In this document: one piece after another, positions 13,594 through 26,173 of the stretch
Layout: every line of letters begins with the position of its first letter
Position numbering within the stretch: the stretch's first letter is position 1
Source of the DNA: Octopus bimaculoides
Lineage: Eukaryota
Length of the DNA stretch: 64,000 nt
NCBI RefSeq assembly: GCF_001194135.2
Contig: NC_068983.1
Coordinates: 78,794,108-78,858,107 of the forward strand
Direction of reading: 5' to 3'
Notes under the pieces: model-generated
The model's database searches: none
Told to the model about the DNA's origin: nothing
The model's input: the letters and a program-made list of their open reading frames with translations, nothing else
Position numbers and translations under genes: made by a program

Positions 13594-14254
13594 NNNNNNN
13601 NNNNNNNNNNNNNNNNNNNNNNNNNNNNNNNNNNNNNNNNNNNNNNNNNNNNNNNNNNNNNNNNNNNNNNNNNNNNNNNNNNNNNNNNNNNNNNNNNNNN
13701 NNNNNNNNNNNNNNNNNNNNNNNNNNNNNNNNNNNNNNNNNNNNNNNNNNNNNNNNNNNNNNNNNNNNNNNNNNNNNNNNNNNNNNNNNNNNNNNNNNNN
13801 NNNNNNNNNNNNNNNNNNNNNNNNNNNNNNNNNNNNNNNNNNNNNNNNNNNNNNNNNNNNNNNNNNNNNNNNNNNNNNNNNNNNNNNNNNNNNNNNNNNN
13901 NNNNNNNNNNNNNNNNNNNNNNNNNNNNNNNNNNNNNNNNNNNNNNNNNNNNNNNNNNNNNNNNNNNNNNNNNNNNNNNNNNNNNNNNNNNNNNNNNNNN
14001 NNNNNNNNNNNNNNNNNNNNNNNNNNNNNNNNNNNNNNNNNNNNNNNNNNNNNNNNNNNNNNNNNNNNNNNNNNNNNNNNNNNNNNNNNNNNNNNNNNNN
14101 NNNNNNNNNNNNNNNNNNNNNNNNNNNNNNNNNNNNNNNNNNNNNNNNNNNNNNNNNNNNNNNNNNNNNNNNNNNNNNNNNNNNNNNNNNNNNNNNNNNN
14201 NNNNNNNNNNNNNNNNNNNNNNNNNNNNNNNNNNNNNNNNNNNNNNNNNNNNNN

Positions 14255-14301
<47 letters not shown>

Positions 14302-14445
14302 TACGACGGGCTTCTTTCAGTTTCCCTCTACCAAATCCACTCACAAGGCTTTGGTCGGCCCTTGCCCAAGGTGCCACGCAGTGAGACTGAGCCCGTAACC
14401 ATGTGGTTGGTAAGGAAGCTACTTACCACACAGCCACTCCTGTGT
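13274..14445 (-). mobile_element. SINE family B with an assembly gap in its central microsatellite
   Basis: Tail at 13274-13500 and head at 14300-14445, both reverse complement. Confidence 0.88.
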
Positions 14446-16180
14446 GCATTCTAGAGATTGAGGTATATATGAAAACTAAAATATGTTCATTATAAAGGGA
14501 GCATCATGCAGTATTGTAAAGATTACTCAAATCTTTGAACATCCACAATTCAACTTTGATTTCAATTGAAAACCAAGAAACAGCAGAAGTAGCTGCCATA
14601 ACTTGTAGCAATTGCTTTCTTCATGAAACCTTAGATTTTCTTGGGTTATTTCTATTAATTTTCCTGCAAATAGTTTTAGGGTCACATTCTTGCTTCTTTT
14701 GTAAATTCATCTAAATACTTTATTTTGTGTTCCAGAGGTTGGTGCAGGAAAGCTAAGAGTCTCTGACACCTCAGAGTCTCTAGTATTCATAATTTACTTA
14801 ACTTGAATATTCTTTGATTTGTCTTCTTATTCAGTTTTGGGTGGAATGTCAGATAATCAATGCCATAATGTCAGCGTGTTCTAATTGATAAGACACTGGG
14901 CTTCCATTACTAAATGGAAGGATATCAAACTCATATTGGCAGTTTGGGGTTTACCCCCCCCCCCCCTCTCTCACACACACACATCTAGCATGCAGACTGT
15001 TACAGAAACACCATTGAATTCTCTGCACAGTAAAGGCTTCAAATTTTATTACTTGAGCTAGAAGTTAATATCAAGACACCTCAAACATGCTAATTTCTAC
15101 AATTATTTTGAACATCTATAAAGTCAGAGGATAAAAGAATGATAGCCCACCATCATAGTATCTTTAATGACAGCCTTGGATATTTCTTGCTACTGTCATT
15201 TAACCATTGTTCAGCCCTAATCAAGAAACCTTTAATAGATGTTCCATTATAACCATACCACCTAATTTTTAGTTGTTATGTATCTAGGACTGCTTTGTCC
15301 AGTGTGTCAGTCCTTATGTAAAGGTATGATTTGAAGAAGATTTGACAGCTATTTCCAACAAGTCAATTTAACACATAGCAGTATCTTTTCTAACTTCTTT
15401 CCTGACAGTTCTATTGCTATGAGTAGAAAAAGAATTATTTTAATATTAATATAAAGGTGAAATAGATGAGTTCCAAGATATTTGCATTTCCAAGAAACTG
15501 AACCAAAACTTGCTCACAGATATTTGATAAGCAATTTCTATGTTAATGAATCTACAGTAGCACAGGTCAACTCCAATAATAATAATAATAAAAAAACAAG
15601 CCGATAAAGGAGCTTCTATGTGGTAATTTGATATACTTAAAATAGCAGCCAAATTTCCATTAACACCCCCTCCTACTTTTAAAATAGGAATGACACATTG
15701 GATTAATATAGTTCTACTTACACTGTCAGAAGAAATGTTTTATGGACAGAGCTTGAATGTCTTTGCACAGGCTAGATCAGTGTTTCTCATATAAGATGCT
15801 TGTGAGGATTGAAAAGGAGACAAATACATTGCTGTGCTCAATAAGATTAAGATATTTTAAAACTTTTAAAATTTGTCTAACTTCATGAAGAAAATTTGTC
15901 TAAATTTGTGAAGAAAGAAGTTTTATATGGATGTAAATCCTATTTTATCTTTTCATTAATAAAGAGTAGTGATAGGACAAAAGATTTTACTAATATGCTT
16001 TGGCAGACTGAGGACTGGTATTTGTCAGTTACAGAAATCATTTGGTTAGCTCAATCAGTGCTAACCTAAAGCTAATCAGCAAGAACAATAACAATAAAAT
16101 ATGCATTTTTTTTAAAGGACATCAACTGTATTAAATTAATTTATTATACACCTAAAATCCTTCTAATAAATGATTTATAA

Positions 16181-16400
16181 TATTGTTTTCAGCTTTTGGC
16201 ACAAGGCCAGCAATTCTGGGAGAGGAGTTAAGTCGATTACATCAACCCCAGTGCTCAACTAATACTTATTTTATTGACCTCGAAAGGATGAAAAGCTAAG
16301 TTGATCTTGGCAGAATTTGAACTCAGAATGTAAAGACTAACAAAATGTCATTAAGTATTTTGCCCAGCACAATAATGATTCTATAAGCTTGCCACCTCAA
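16181..16400 (-). mobile_element. SINE family A
   Basis: Reverse complement of the central domain and head. Confidence 0.82.
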
Positions 16401-16616
16401 CTGATTTATATAATACTGAAAACTTGTGTCAGAAGGCAATAATCAATCTGTAGAAGACAAAAAAGAAAAAAAAGAGTTGTCAATGTTTATCTTTTCCAAA
16501 ATTGCAAACATTCATGATCCTGGTGAACAGCTAGACTTTGTGTAACAGCAATCAGGTAAGAATATAATCTTGCCCACTGGATTAACAGTTTATTTATTGG
16601 TGGTTACTTGCCCAGA

Positions 16617-16999
16617 GTAGAAGCGCAATTGCCCAGTGGTTAGGGCAGCGGACTCGCGGTCATAGGATCGTGGTTTCGATTCCCAGACCAGGCGTTGTGA
16701 GTGTTTATTGATCGAAAACACCTAAAGCTCCACGAAGCTCCAGCAGGGGATGGTGGTGAACCCTGCTGTACTCTTTCACCACAACTTTCTCTCACTTTTA
16801 CTTCCTGTTTCTGCTGTGCCTGTAATTCAAAGGGCTAGCTTTGTCACACTGTGTCATGCTGAATCTCCCTGAGAACTACATTAAGGGTACACGTGTCTGT
16901 GGAGTGCTCAGCCACTTGCAAATTAATTTCACGAGCAGGCTGTTCCGTTGATCAGATCAACCGGAACCCTCGTCGTTGTAAGCGACGGAGTGCCAACAC
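16617..16999 (+). mobile_element. tRNA-derived SINE, family C (head C + tail C)
   Basis: Full length, ending GACGGAGTGCCAACAC; exact 11 bp TSD ACTTGCCCAGA at 16606-16616 and 17000-17010. Confidence 0.93.
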
Positions 17000-17429
17000 A
17001 CTTGCCCAGAAAATTCTTCTGGAAATTTTCCATTTTAACTTTAATGAACTGAAGTTATATATGTAATACTAAGAAACTTGCTTTGCAACTAGATGGTTTT
17101 TGGTTCAATCTCATTGCACAGCATCTCGGGCAAATATCTCCTCCAATTGTCGTGGGTCGGTCAATGCTTTTAGAGTGAAATTCAGTGGATAGAAAACATG
17201 TGAGGCAAACTGAGAAGAATTAACAGAAAAGGACAGTTAGACATGAAAGCTCATTCATCAGTAATGGGATCCTGAATCAGTGTAGGTTCAGCTCATTTAA
17301 AGCCTGAAGACTTAATTTCATGGTACAATACTTCTGAATGCACCAATGATTGTAGACAGCACTGAAATAGATATTGCTATTGTCATCATCGTCATTGGCA
17401 CCACCACCACCACATTTGCCACCACGTCG

Positions 17430-17655
17430 TCAGCGTCATCATTTAGTATTTACTTTCCATGCTGGCATGAATTAAGAGGTTTGACTAGAATTGATAAGCT
17501 GGAAAGCTACGGCTTGGTTTCTGTGATTGTATGCCCTTCCTAATGCCAACCACTCTACAGAGAGTAACAAAGTGTCTTTTGCGAGTTATTACATGTCACC
17601 AGCATGAGTACCTTTTACATGTCACCAGCATTGGTGCCTTTCACGTGTCACCATG
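17430..17655 (-). mobile_element. Family D (RTE 3'-end) diverged copy
   Basis: TTTCCATGCTGGCATG...ATGCCCTTCCTAATGCCAACCACTCT and repeated TTTTACATGTCACCAGCA units. Confidence 0.75.
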
Positions 17656-17766
17656 AAGTAATGGACATAACAAAAAAACGGTTCAGAAAACATGGAGACA
17701 CACAACGATATGTGTGACAAAAATTTACAGATACATGTAAAACAGTTCAACAAAATAAGGATGTAG

Positions 17767-17972
17767 TCATTTGATTAGGCACCCATCAGCCAGAGGGATC
17801 ATTCCAGCTCTATCACATGACTTAAATGACACCACTTGGTCTTTGGGTGCCTTAAATTCCTTTAACCGAGTACATTCTTTTGCAAACTGTTGGGCCAATT
17901 GTTTATGAGGGTAACTTTCCACTTTCTTCCCACCAGTTTCAAACAAAAGTAATGGTTGCTTCCCTTTCACCT
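17767..17972 (-). mobile_element. Probable pogo/Tigger transposase relic (CENP-B-type HTH region); alternatively a terminal host exon
   Basis: ORF KQLAQQFAKECTRLKEFKA resembles the ..A..FAKE....FKAS helix of pogo-family HTH domains, but the expected GW motif is absent. Confidence 0.3.
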
Positions 17973-18002
17973 CTGATCAAGGCATAGAAAATATAATTAG
18001 CT

Positions 18003-18390
18003 ACAAGCATGGCTCTGTACTTATGAAGTTTGCTCCACAACTATCTGGCTTTTGAATTGAGTCCACAGCATAGCACCTAAGGTGTCTTCTACTATGGTCA
18101 TGTAAGTGAAATTTGTCAGACAGGAAGTGGATGGCAGTCCATAGTATGTGTATATACACATGTGTGTGTATACACGAAAATATGCGTATGTATGTATATA
18201 TGTTTGTAGCTGTGTGTATGTTTGTATTTGTATTTATCATTGCATTCTATAACTTAACAGTTTGACAAATAGACACCAATAAATGAGTTATAAAACTAAA
18301 TACTAGAGCCAATATGACTGACTAAACATATGAACCATTGCCCCAGCATGGTCACAGTCCTACCAACGATTGTAACCAGTAAAAGACTAC
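18003..18390 (+). mobile_element. Old, diverged family B-like SINE
   Basis: GTGTCTTCTACTAT...GTAAGTGAAATTTGTCAGACAGGAA head, TA/TG centre, CCCCAGCATGGTCACAGTC...GTAAAAGA tail. Confidence 0.6.
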
Positions 18391-18481
18391 ATAATGTGTG
18401 TGTTTGAAAGCAGAGTCTAGAATGAAATATCTGAAAGTGATTTGAACTTTTAATCCACGTCATATCAGCCAAAAGCCTTAC

Positions 18482-18531
18482 CTGCTTCACCATTTCTTCT
18501 CTATACAATATTAAGCTTTGAGATTGCATCA
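18482..18531 (-). CDS. Candidate internal exon (MQSQSLILYREEMVKQ), gene unidentified
   Basis: Acceptor CTTTTTCTGATTTCAG and donor CAG|GTAAGG; one open frame; phase-compatible with 24479-24546. Confidence 0.3.
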
Positions 18532-18807
18532 CTGAAATCAGAAAAAGCTGTCATCTGTTACAAAGCCAGGCTTACCCAAATAAAGAATAAACTCTCTATC
18601 AGAGGGTAAATTGTATGAATTTAGGATCAAGATGATCATCACTAAGCTAATCAGTTTTGCTAACTAATTTACCTGAGCCAATGTGGAAGATTATACGTAG
18701 TTTATCAGCCTAGAATTAGCCAAAAATCTCCCTCAAATTAAGTCTGTTGTCATAAAAGATAGCTATATTATATAATGTAATATCTTAAATCCACCATTAT
18801 CTTTATC

Positions 18808-19165
18808 ATCATTTAACGTCTTTTTTCTATGCTGACATAGGTAGGATGGCTTGACAAGAGCTAGTAGGGCCAGGGGCCACACCAGGCCCCATAATCTATT
18901 TTGGCTTGGTTTCTAGAGCTGGATGCCTTTCCTAATTTCAGCTACTTTACAAAGTGTACTGCTTTTTACATGGCACCATCACCAGTGCTTTTTATGTGGC
19001 ACCTTGATTCTAGGATATCAATTCTGTTGTGGTAGGCCGGTCTTCTTGAGTATAGCAATGCATCGTACATCTCTGTTCTAACTTATCTCCTTTGTAAGGT
19101 TCAGTGTTTTGAGACTAGTCTTCATTAATTCATCCCATATCTTCTTGGGTCTCCCTCCACATCAG
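18808..19165 (-). mobile_element. RTE LINE 3' fragment (family D 3'UTR plus ORF2 end)
   Basis: Colinear with 28110-28445, ending CATATCTTCTTGGGTCTCCCT (GRPKKxW). Confidence 0.75.
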
Positions 19166-19474
19166 CTTTTAAAATATGACAGTATGACTTGTCATGTTTA
19201 AAAAAATTTTATCATAGAACTACACAATCGTAATTGACCTAAGAGTTATTCAACCCAAGAGAAATAGCACTCAAACTACAATCTCCAATTTAAGTAAGAA
19301 AAAACCATGTTAACTTTTATCATTGTTGTTCCTGTCAACTCCATATTGGCATTGATATATTATCTATTTATCTCCAGATGCCATATTTTGATACATGTAC
19401 TCATTTGGGGTCATTACCAATTATAAAATGATAAATTTTTATTTCTAATTCAAAATTTCAAAATATACACTTAA

Positions 19475-19787
19475 CTCATGGCTTAGTGGTTACAGTATTC
19501 AGCTCATAATCATGAGGTTGTGAGTTTGATTACTGGCAGTGAATTGTGTCCTTGGGCAAGATGCTTGCTCCAGTCCAGTTCATTCAGCTGGCAAAAATGA
19601 GTAGTACATGTATTTCAAAGGGCTAGCTTGTCACATTCTGTGTCACACTGAATCTCCCTGAGAAAATGTTAAGCGTACACATGTCTGTGGAGTGCTCAGC
19701 CATTTGCCCGTTAATTTCACGAGCAGGCTGCTTTGTTGATTGGATCATCTGGAACCCTCATCGTCATAACCGACATAGTGTCATCTA
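19475..19787 (+). mobile_element. SINE with head G (TTGTGTCCTTGGGCAAG...CAGCTGGCAAAAATGAGT) and tail C
   Basis: 3' half matches 16820-16999; 5' half differs. Confidence 0.8.
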
Positions 19788-20508
19788 CACTTAACAAAAA
19801 ACAGAAACATTAAATAATGTTATCTCTGCTTTACAACAAGCTGGGATGGTCACAGCAAGATCACCTTCAAACATAATTCTGCTCAGTTAGTACTGACCCG
19901 GGGCTAAATAAAATTGCCAAAACAACAGTAACGCCAGTAAAGATAAGGCTAAAGAAGGAAAACTCTGAGTTATCAAGCAGTTTGCCTGAAATAGCATCAA
20001 AATCTTTCTCAAATTACACTTTACAGTCAAAGACGAAACAGAAGATTAGATAATGTGTAGACTGGCATACACTGTCTGATAATACAATGAAATGGTTACA
20101 TCTGGAATGCCTTTGATTAAAGGCCAGCTCAAACAAGGCTGACTTGGGACTATAGAGCAACAGCAATAAATAAGGTTCGTAAGAGCCTGATTTATTCAGT
20201 CCACTCCAGATATATGAGAACTGCATATGGTCTGAAAGGGGTAATTCAGTAAGCCATTTTGGCAATTATATTATAAATCAAGCAAGAAAGCAGAAATTAA
20301 ATCAATCAAAAAAAGAGTAATCTACATTAACCTTAGCACAAATATATCAAACAAACATGTTACAAAAATTCATTGTTTTACTTATTTAAGACTGGATGTT
20401 AAATTTAAAATGACACTTAACAAACAGGGCAATGATCAATCTTCTTCATGATCACTCCAAAAATATGAGACAACCAAAATACTTTAAAATCACATCCTAT
20501 CACTTCAA

Positions 20509-20858
20509 TCATCATCATCATCATCATCGTTTAACGCCCGCTTTCCATACTAGCATGGGTTGGACGATTTGACTGAGGACTGGTGAACCAGGTTGCTACA
20601 CCAAGCTCCAATCTGATTTGGCAGAGTTTCTACAGCTGGATGCCTTTCCTAACGCCAACCACTCTGAGAGTGTAGTGGGTGCTTTTACATGCCACCGGCA
20701 TGAAGGCCGGTCAGGTGGTACTGGCAACGGCCACGCTCAACATGGTGTATTTTACATGCCACCGGCACAGGAGCTAGTCCAGCGGCACTGGCAACGATCT
20801 CGCTCAAATGTCTTTACACATGCCACCGGCACAAGTGCCAGGGCACAGGTGCCATCAC
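20509..20858 (-). mobile_element. Family D (RTE 3'-end) copy inserted in a family E repeat
   Basis: Close match to 30657-31000; family E sequence resumes at about 20860. Confidence 0.88.
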
Positions 20859-21333
20859 GATAAATTAGAAGATTAAAATTGGATAATGTACTTCTGTATA
20901 CGTGGTACCTGTAAAAAAACCAAGAGATGGTCATGACAGAAACACTTCTGATTATAGATCTTCTGGATGAGAGCTCATCTGGACTTATAACTACAAGCTT
21001 ATAGGGAAGTCTTGTTTGGTTGCTTCACCACATAGAGGCTCCTTTGTTGGCTAGAAATAGCAACCAAATATTCCTCATATTTATACACTACCATTTTAAA
21101 TAAAGAACATATTAGACAATGTAGTCCTTGATATATTAGGTTCCAGGTTTGATCCCATTGCATGGCATTTTGGACAAGTGTCTTCAACTATAGCTTTGAG
21201 TTGATCATTCAATACTCAGTGGATGCAATTTGGCAAGCAGAACTATCCATCACATGTGCATGTTTTCATATATGCTCGCATGTATGTGACTGTCTTTTTT
21301 CCTAATGTATATTTATGAAAAATGTAAACATTG

Positions 21334-21746
21334 GCGCAGGAGTTGCTGTGTGGTAAGTAGCTTGCTTACCAACCACATGGTTCTGGGTTCATTCCCACTA
21401 CGTGGCATCTTGGGCAAGTGCCTTCTACTATAGCCTTGGGCCGACCAAAGCCTTGTGAGTGGATTTGGTAGATGGAAACTGAAAGAAGCCTGTCGTATAT
21501 ATGTATATATATATATGTATATGTATGTGTGTATGTGTCTGTGTTTGTCCCCCCAACATCACCTGACAACTGATGCTGGTGTGTTTACGTCCCCGTAACT
21601 AAGCGGTTCAGCAAAAGAGACCGATAGAATAAGTACTAGGCTTCCAAAGAATAAGTCCTGGGGTCAATTTGCTCGACTAAAGGTGGTGCTCCAGCATGGC
21701 CACAGTCAAAAGACTAAAACAAGTAAAAGAGTAAAAGAGTAAAGAG
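21334..21746 (+). mobile_element. SINE family B, full length
   Basis: GGCGCAGGAGTTGCTGTGTGGTAAG ... GTAAAAGAGTAAAAGAGTAAAGAG. Confidence 0.93.
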
Positions 21747-22707
21747 TATTGGCAAGAAAACTGATTCATCATTGATTTTTAAATAAAACTCCCTTATGAT
21801 ATTCACTCTGCATGAGTTACATAGATAGCCCCTGGTCATATGCAACAGTTTCAGTGTAGTAAATACATGATTCACCCAATGGAAGCCTGTAATCAACAAT
21901 GTTATTCTTCACAAAATAGGAGGAAAATATAAATAGAATATACACACATATGATAATGATTAACCAAGTGGACATCAGTATTACTGAAATAGGGAGATAA
22001 ACTTAATATATTGTACAAACAAGGGAAACTCACATCCAGTTATATGAGTTTCACATCAAGACATCGGTATGAAGTTATTTTGGCCATTGATTAGTAATTG
22101 ATGACCATGCCATGGTCCATCTGTTGTCTTGTGAAGCCACAACAGGAGAAACAACTGGTACTACCCAAACTTTACAGTGGTAGCAGAGAGTGCAGGTTCA
22201 GTAATATGGAAAGGTGGCTTATTCTTAAGAGCTCAGTGGACCTTACCATTTTTTAAATACTAAGAGTTTAAATGTTAAAAGTGAAACTTTAGAAGCTGCT
22301 TATATACCATGAAGTAAATCCCCAGAACTTAGTATTCAACTACTCAAATTCAACATGAGATTCTATGAAATTTTATGTTTTATGAATTATTAATGCTAAC
22401 TATTTTTATTAATTATATCAATCATATCAAATTACACAGATTTGTATACATATGTATGTAGGACCATGTGTATGTAGGTATATGCATATGTATATGCCTA
22501 TATGTGTGCATGTGTGTGATTACAAATTTTATTTACATTTTATTTACATTTTATTTACATTTTATTTACATTTTTACACTTCTAAATTAGAGTTTTATAT
22601 GCTTCTATAATTTTTATGCATCATTATTTTATAATAATGCATTTTTATGCATCATTATTTTATAATAATGCATTTTTATGCATTATTGTTAGTGAGTGAC
22701 TGAGAGA

Positions 22708-22965
22708 GCAACACACACCATCAAAGTGATGCTGGGGTACAAATATACAAAGCCCAATATACCCATCATGACTACCCATCTGATAAGTGTTCATGAAGAA
22801 CATGCATCATAATCATATGTGATTAACATGGTGACTTCATATCAAGATAACAAGTAGCCCATCCCACTCAAGAGGTCCCTGAATAAGTAATGTTTAAGGA
22901 TGATGAGCAAAACACATGTTTCCAGGGGTGAACTGTTCAAACCCTGCAGAGTCCCTCTCAGCACA
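22708..22965. mobile_element. Interspersed repeat fragment, family F
   Basis: ACACACCATCAAAGTGATGCTGGGGTACAAATATACAAAGCCCAATATACCCATCATGACTACCC recalled as an octopus repeat; single copy in the window. Confidence 0.45.
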
Positions 22966-23574
22966 TAGCTATATGTGTGTATGCATGTGTGTATATACAT
23001 ATATATATACATACCATGTATAGATGTGTGTGCTGCATGCATAAACACACATACACAAAAGTGCACATGCACACACACACACACATACACACATATATGT
23101 ATATATTTCAGGCAGAACTAACATGAAAGAAATATCTAAGAATATTTATTAATAAAATCAATAATACAATTTCTCTTACATGTTTCTTTCTTAGAGCCAT
23201 GCACTTCATCTTTCATCTTGTGATAAAAAAAAAAAACAAACAGCAGGATAAGCCAGCTGGATCATCATGTCAACATAGAAGCTTTTCTTTTAGAACTTTC
23301 TAATTTTCCAACAAAGAAGCTTTAAATAAAATAGTTTTACCATTTAGATTTTAGTTTTTGTTTGTTTTTTATATGCATCTATTTTATATTTTAACCACTT
23401 TTATCATTGAATGTTTTTCATGATTGAGATGCCGATTCTGTAGTTGATGTTTAGTTCCTGATCACTCATGACTAAGCAGACTTTATGATCAAATGTATTT
23501 CAGAGTTGACCACCCTATCATTGGGAGGGGGGGGGTCACATTATTGAATATGTTCTTCCTACTGTTAAACCAAT

Positions 23575-23805
23575 GGAGGCATGTGGCCTAGTGGCTTGGA
23601 TGTTGGACTCATGATTGCAAGACTGTAGTTTCAATTCCTGGACTGGTGGCTGTTGTATTCTTGAGCTAACACTTAATTTCACATTGCTCCAGTGTACTAA
23701 ACTGCAATGGACTGGTGTCCCATCCAGGGGGTAAAAATATTTATATACCACAGAAACAGGGAAACCAACCCTTGTGAGCTCATAGGACTCAAGAAAGATG
23801 CTTTA
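23575..23805 (+). mobile_element. SINE with head G and the alternative (ATGGACTGGTGTCCCATCCAGGGG) tail
   Basis: Head resembles 19475; tail resembles 5935-6035. Confidence 0.75.
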
Positions 23806-24478
23806 TCATTTATCCTTAATATTAAGCCACTAAGGTGTGAGCTGAGGAAGATTTGATAGCTATTTCTAGCAGATCAAGCAACCATTTAGAGGGTTTTCCA
23901 TTGGCTTATATTGTTCCTGATTGATGGTTAATGTATGTTTGTGTGCAAATCAAGAAAGATCACAAGAGTCTGAAAAGGAATTTATTTCTATTTCATTAAG
24001 AGTGAGAGAAAGAAAGAGAAAGAAACTCTTTTCAGTCAGCAACATCAGATAAAGGTTCTTTGTGGGGGGAAAAAAGACATAATTAATATTTTGATGGATT
24101 TTAGTAAATTATGATCAAATGGAATTAATGCTGAAAAGGAACGGATTCTGTTTAATGAAGAAGGGATCGCAATCTTCTCAACAAATGAACAAGCAAACAT
24201 TCATGTTCATCTTAATTATGTAGGGTTAGCAGAGTGTGGCTGTCAATTAGGAAAGACATTTGAATGGATTTAGTTGTCAATATAACACTAATTATTCCTA
24301 TTGATGCTAAAAGACTAAAAAAAAAAATGTCAATGAGAATAGAAAGAGGATAACAAAATTGAATTTTAAAAAGAGAAAAAACTGGAAATTTCAGAAAATT
24401 CAATGAATAAAATGAATAATATTAAATAAAATGGACAATTGTAAATGTTAATTAACATCATTTTAATCAAATCCTTAC

Positions 24479-24546
24479 AAAGTCTATTCTGATATTCTGC
24501 AAGGACCACAATCCTGTGAAAGATTTCAGCATTTCCCAATATCAAC
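24479..24546 (-). CDS. Candidate internal exon (LILGNAEIFHRIVVLAEYQNRL), gene unidentified
   Basis: Acceptor TTATGTCAG, donor TTT|GTAAGG; one open frame; splices in frame to 18482-18531. Confidence 0.25.
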
Positions 24547-25194
24547 CTGACATAAGCCAACATATGATGATGACAAATAATGTTTACCAGCAATTAGTCT
24601 AATAGCCAATACTTGAATTGTGGGATTTGGATGGGTTGCATGGGTAAGAAATATTTATTAATAGAAATATTAATTAAAATGGTTTATGGAGATCTGAAGA
24701 TTTGAATGTGTAATGAATTATATATGTTATATATATATATATATATATATATNNNNNNNNNNNNNNNNNNNNNNNNNNNNNNNNNNNNNNNNNNNNNNNN
24801 NNNNNNNNNNNNNNNNNNNNNNNNNNNNNNNNNNNNNNNNNNNNNNNNNNNNNNNNNNNNNNNNNNNNNNNNNNNNNNATATTAAGCATTTTTCTCATGA
24901 CTCAAATTTACTATCCGTGTGATCATCAGGCACATAAACTCTAGTTTCATAGTGATGTGAAATTAGAGTCATGACAAAATTAACTAAGCTTAAATAAATA
25001 ATATTTTATGTATTGAGAACTAAAAACTGCTTCCATTTACAAATTGTAATATTTCAATGCGCTATGCAATTTTTCAGTGTTGAGCAGTCACTCTCACTGT
25101 TGAATATTAGTGTGTGGGGGTAGGTGGCAGTGCGTGTATTGTATATGTGTGTATATATAAATATATATACACACACAGATATATACATTTATAT

Positions 25195-25360
25195 ATATGA
25201 CAGACTTCATTCAGTTTCTATCTACAAATCCACTCACAAGGTGCTAGTCAGCCCAGAGCTGTAGTAGAAATCATTTGTGCAAGGTGCTGCACAGTGAGAT
25301 AGAACCTGAGACCAATTAGTTTGGAAGCAAGCTTCTTAATCACACAGCCATGTCTGTACC
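25195..25360 (-). mobile_element. SINE family B head fragment
   Basis: Reverse complement of the family B 5' half. Confidence 0.7.
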
Positions 25361-25784
25361 TAAAAAGCTAATGTGTTAGTGAAAATTTAGACATCAATAT
25401 TAGCAATTTGCTAATTATTATACAACAAACTTGCTATTAAGTAATTATTCTCTTCCTATTTTTAGTTAGATATTACTATTTCAGACTTTTGTGAAATTTC
25501 AGTGACCAGTTCATTGATATCTGCTGCATTAGTAGGAAATGATTAATTAATTCATTAATTGTGCATGTTATTCATGCTGTTGTTGTTGTTGCTTTAGATC
25601 AACTCTGATGGATCAGACATATAATCATATATATTGAGGCTGTTGCCATTCCATCTCATTTTCAAGTATAGTATTCTCAGACTAAATTATCTAATGTCCT
25701 TCCCATTTATTAAGATAGTAATTTCTTATTTGTATCAGTTTTGGTTACTATTTCTAGCAGGCCATGTAATCATGCAAATGTTCT

Positions 25785-26015
25785 TATTTCTTTACTGCCC
25801 ACAAGGGGCTACACACCAAGGGGACAAACAAGGGCAGACAAACAGATTAAGTCGATTATATCGACCCCAGTGCGTAACTGGTACTTATTTAATCAACCCC
25901 GAAAGGATGAAAGGCAAAGTCGACCTCAGCGAAATTTGAACTCAGAATGTAGCAGCAGACGAAATACCGCTAAGCATTTCACCCGGCATGCTAACGTTTC
26001 TGCCAGCTCGCCACT
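25785..26015 (-). mobile_element. SINE family A, near full length
   Basis: Reverse complement of 554-790. Confidence 0.9.
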
Positions 26016-26141
26016 TTTATAACAGAACTGCAGAAATGCAACTGTTCTGTTATCAGATCATGTATGTTGTTTGCCCATACAGTCATATAGATACTTTCAC
26101 ACAAACACACAAATGCACAAACACACATGCACACACACATG

Positions 26142-26173
<32 letters not shown>

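Noticed and set aside
13418-14454. Long ORFs (282-335 aa), and similar ones at 6407-6877 and 42483-43143
   Set aside because: Made of N runs and dinucleotide microsatellites (X, YIYI, HTHT, RERE); not coding.
16617-16700. tRNA-like sequence with A/B boxes (also at 5732 and 61500-61585)
   Set aside because: It is the head of a SINE with a tail and TSD; no complete cloverleaf, so not a tRNA gene.
18001-18240. 79 aa ORF with a plausible C-terminal peptide
   Set aside because: Antisense reading of an old family B SINE.
20681-20832. Repeat-spacer pattern resembling a CRISPR array
   Set aside because: Eukaryotic context, degenerate repeats, and spacers shared between dispersed copies; it is the RTE 3'UTR module.
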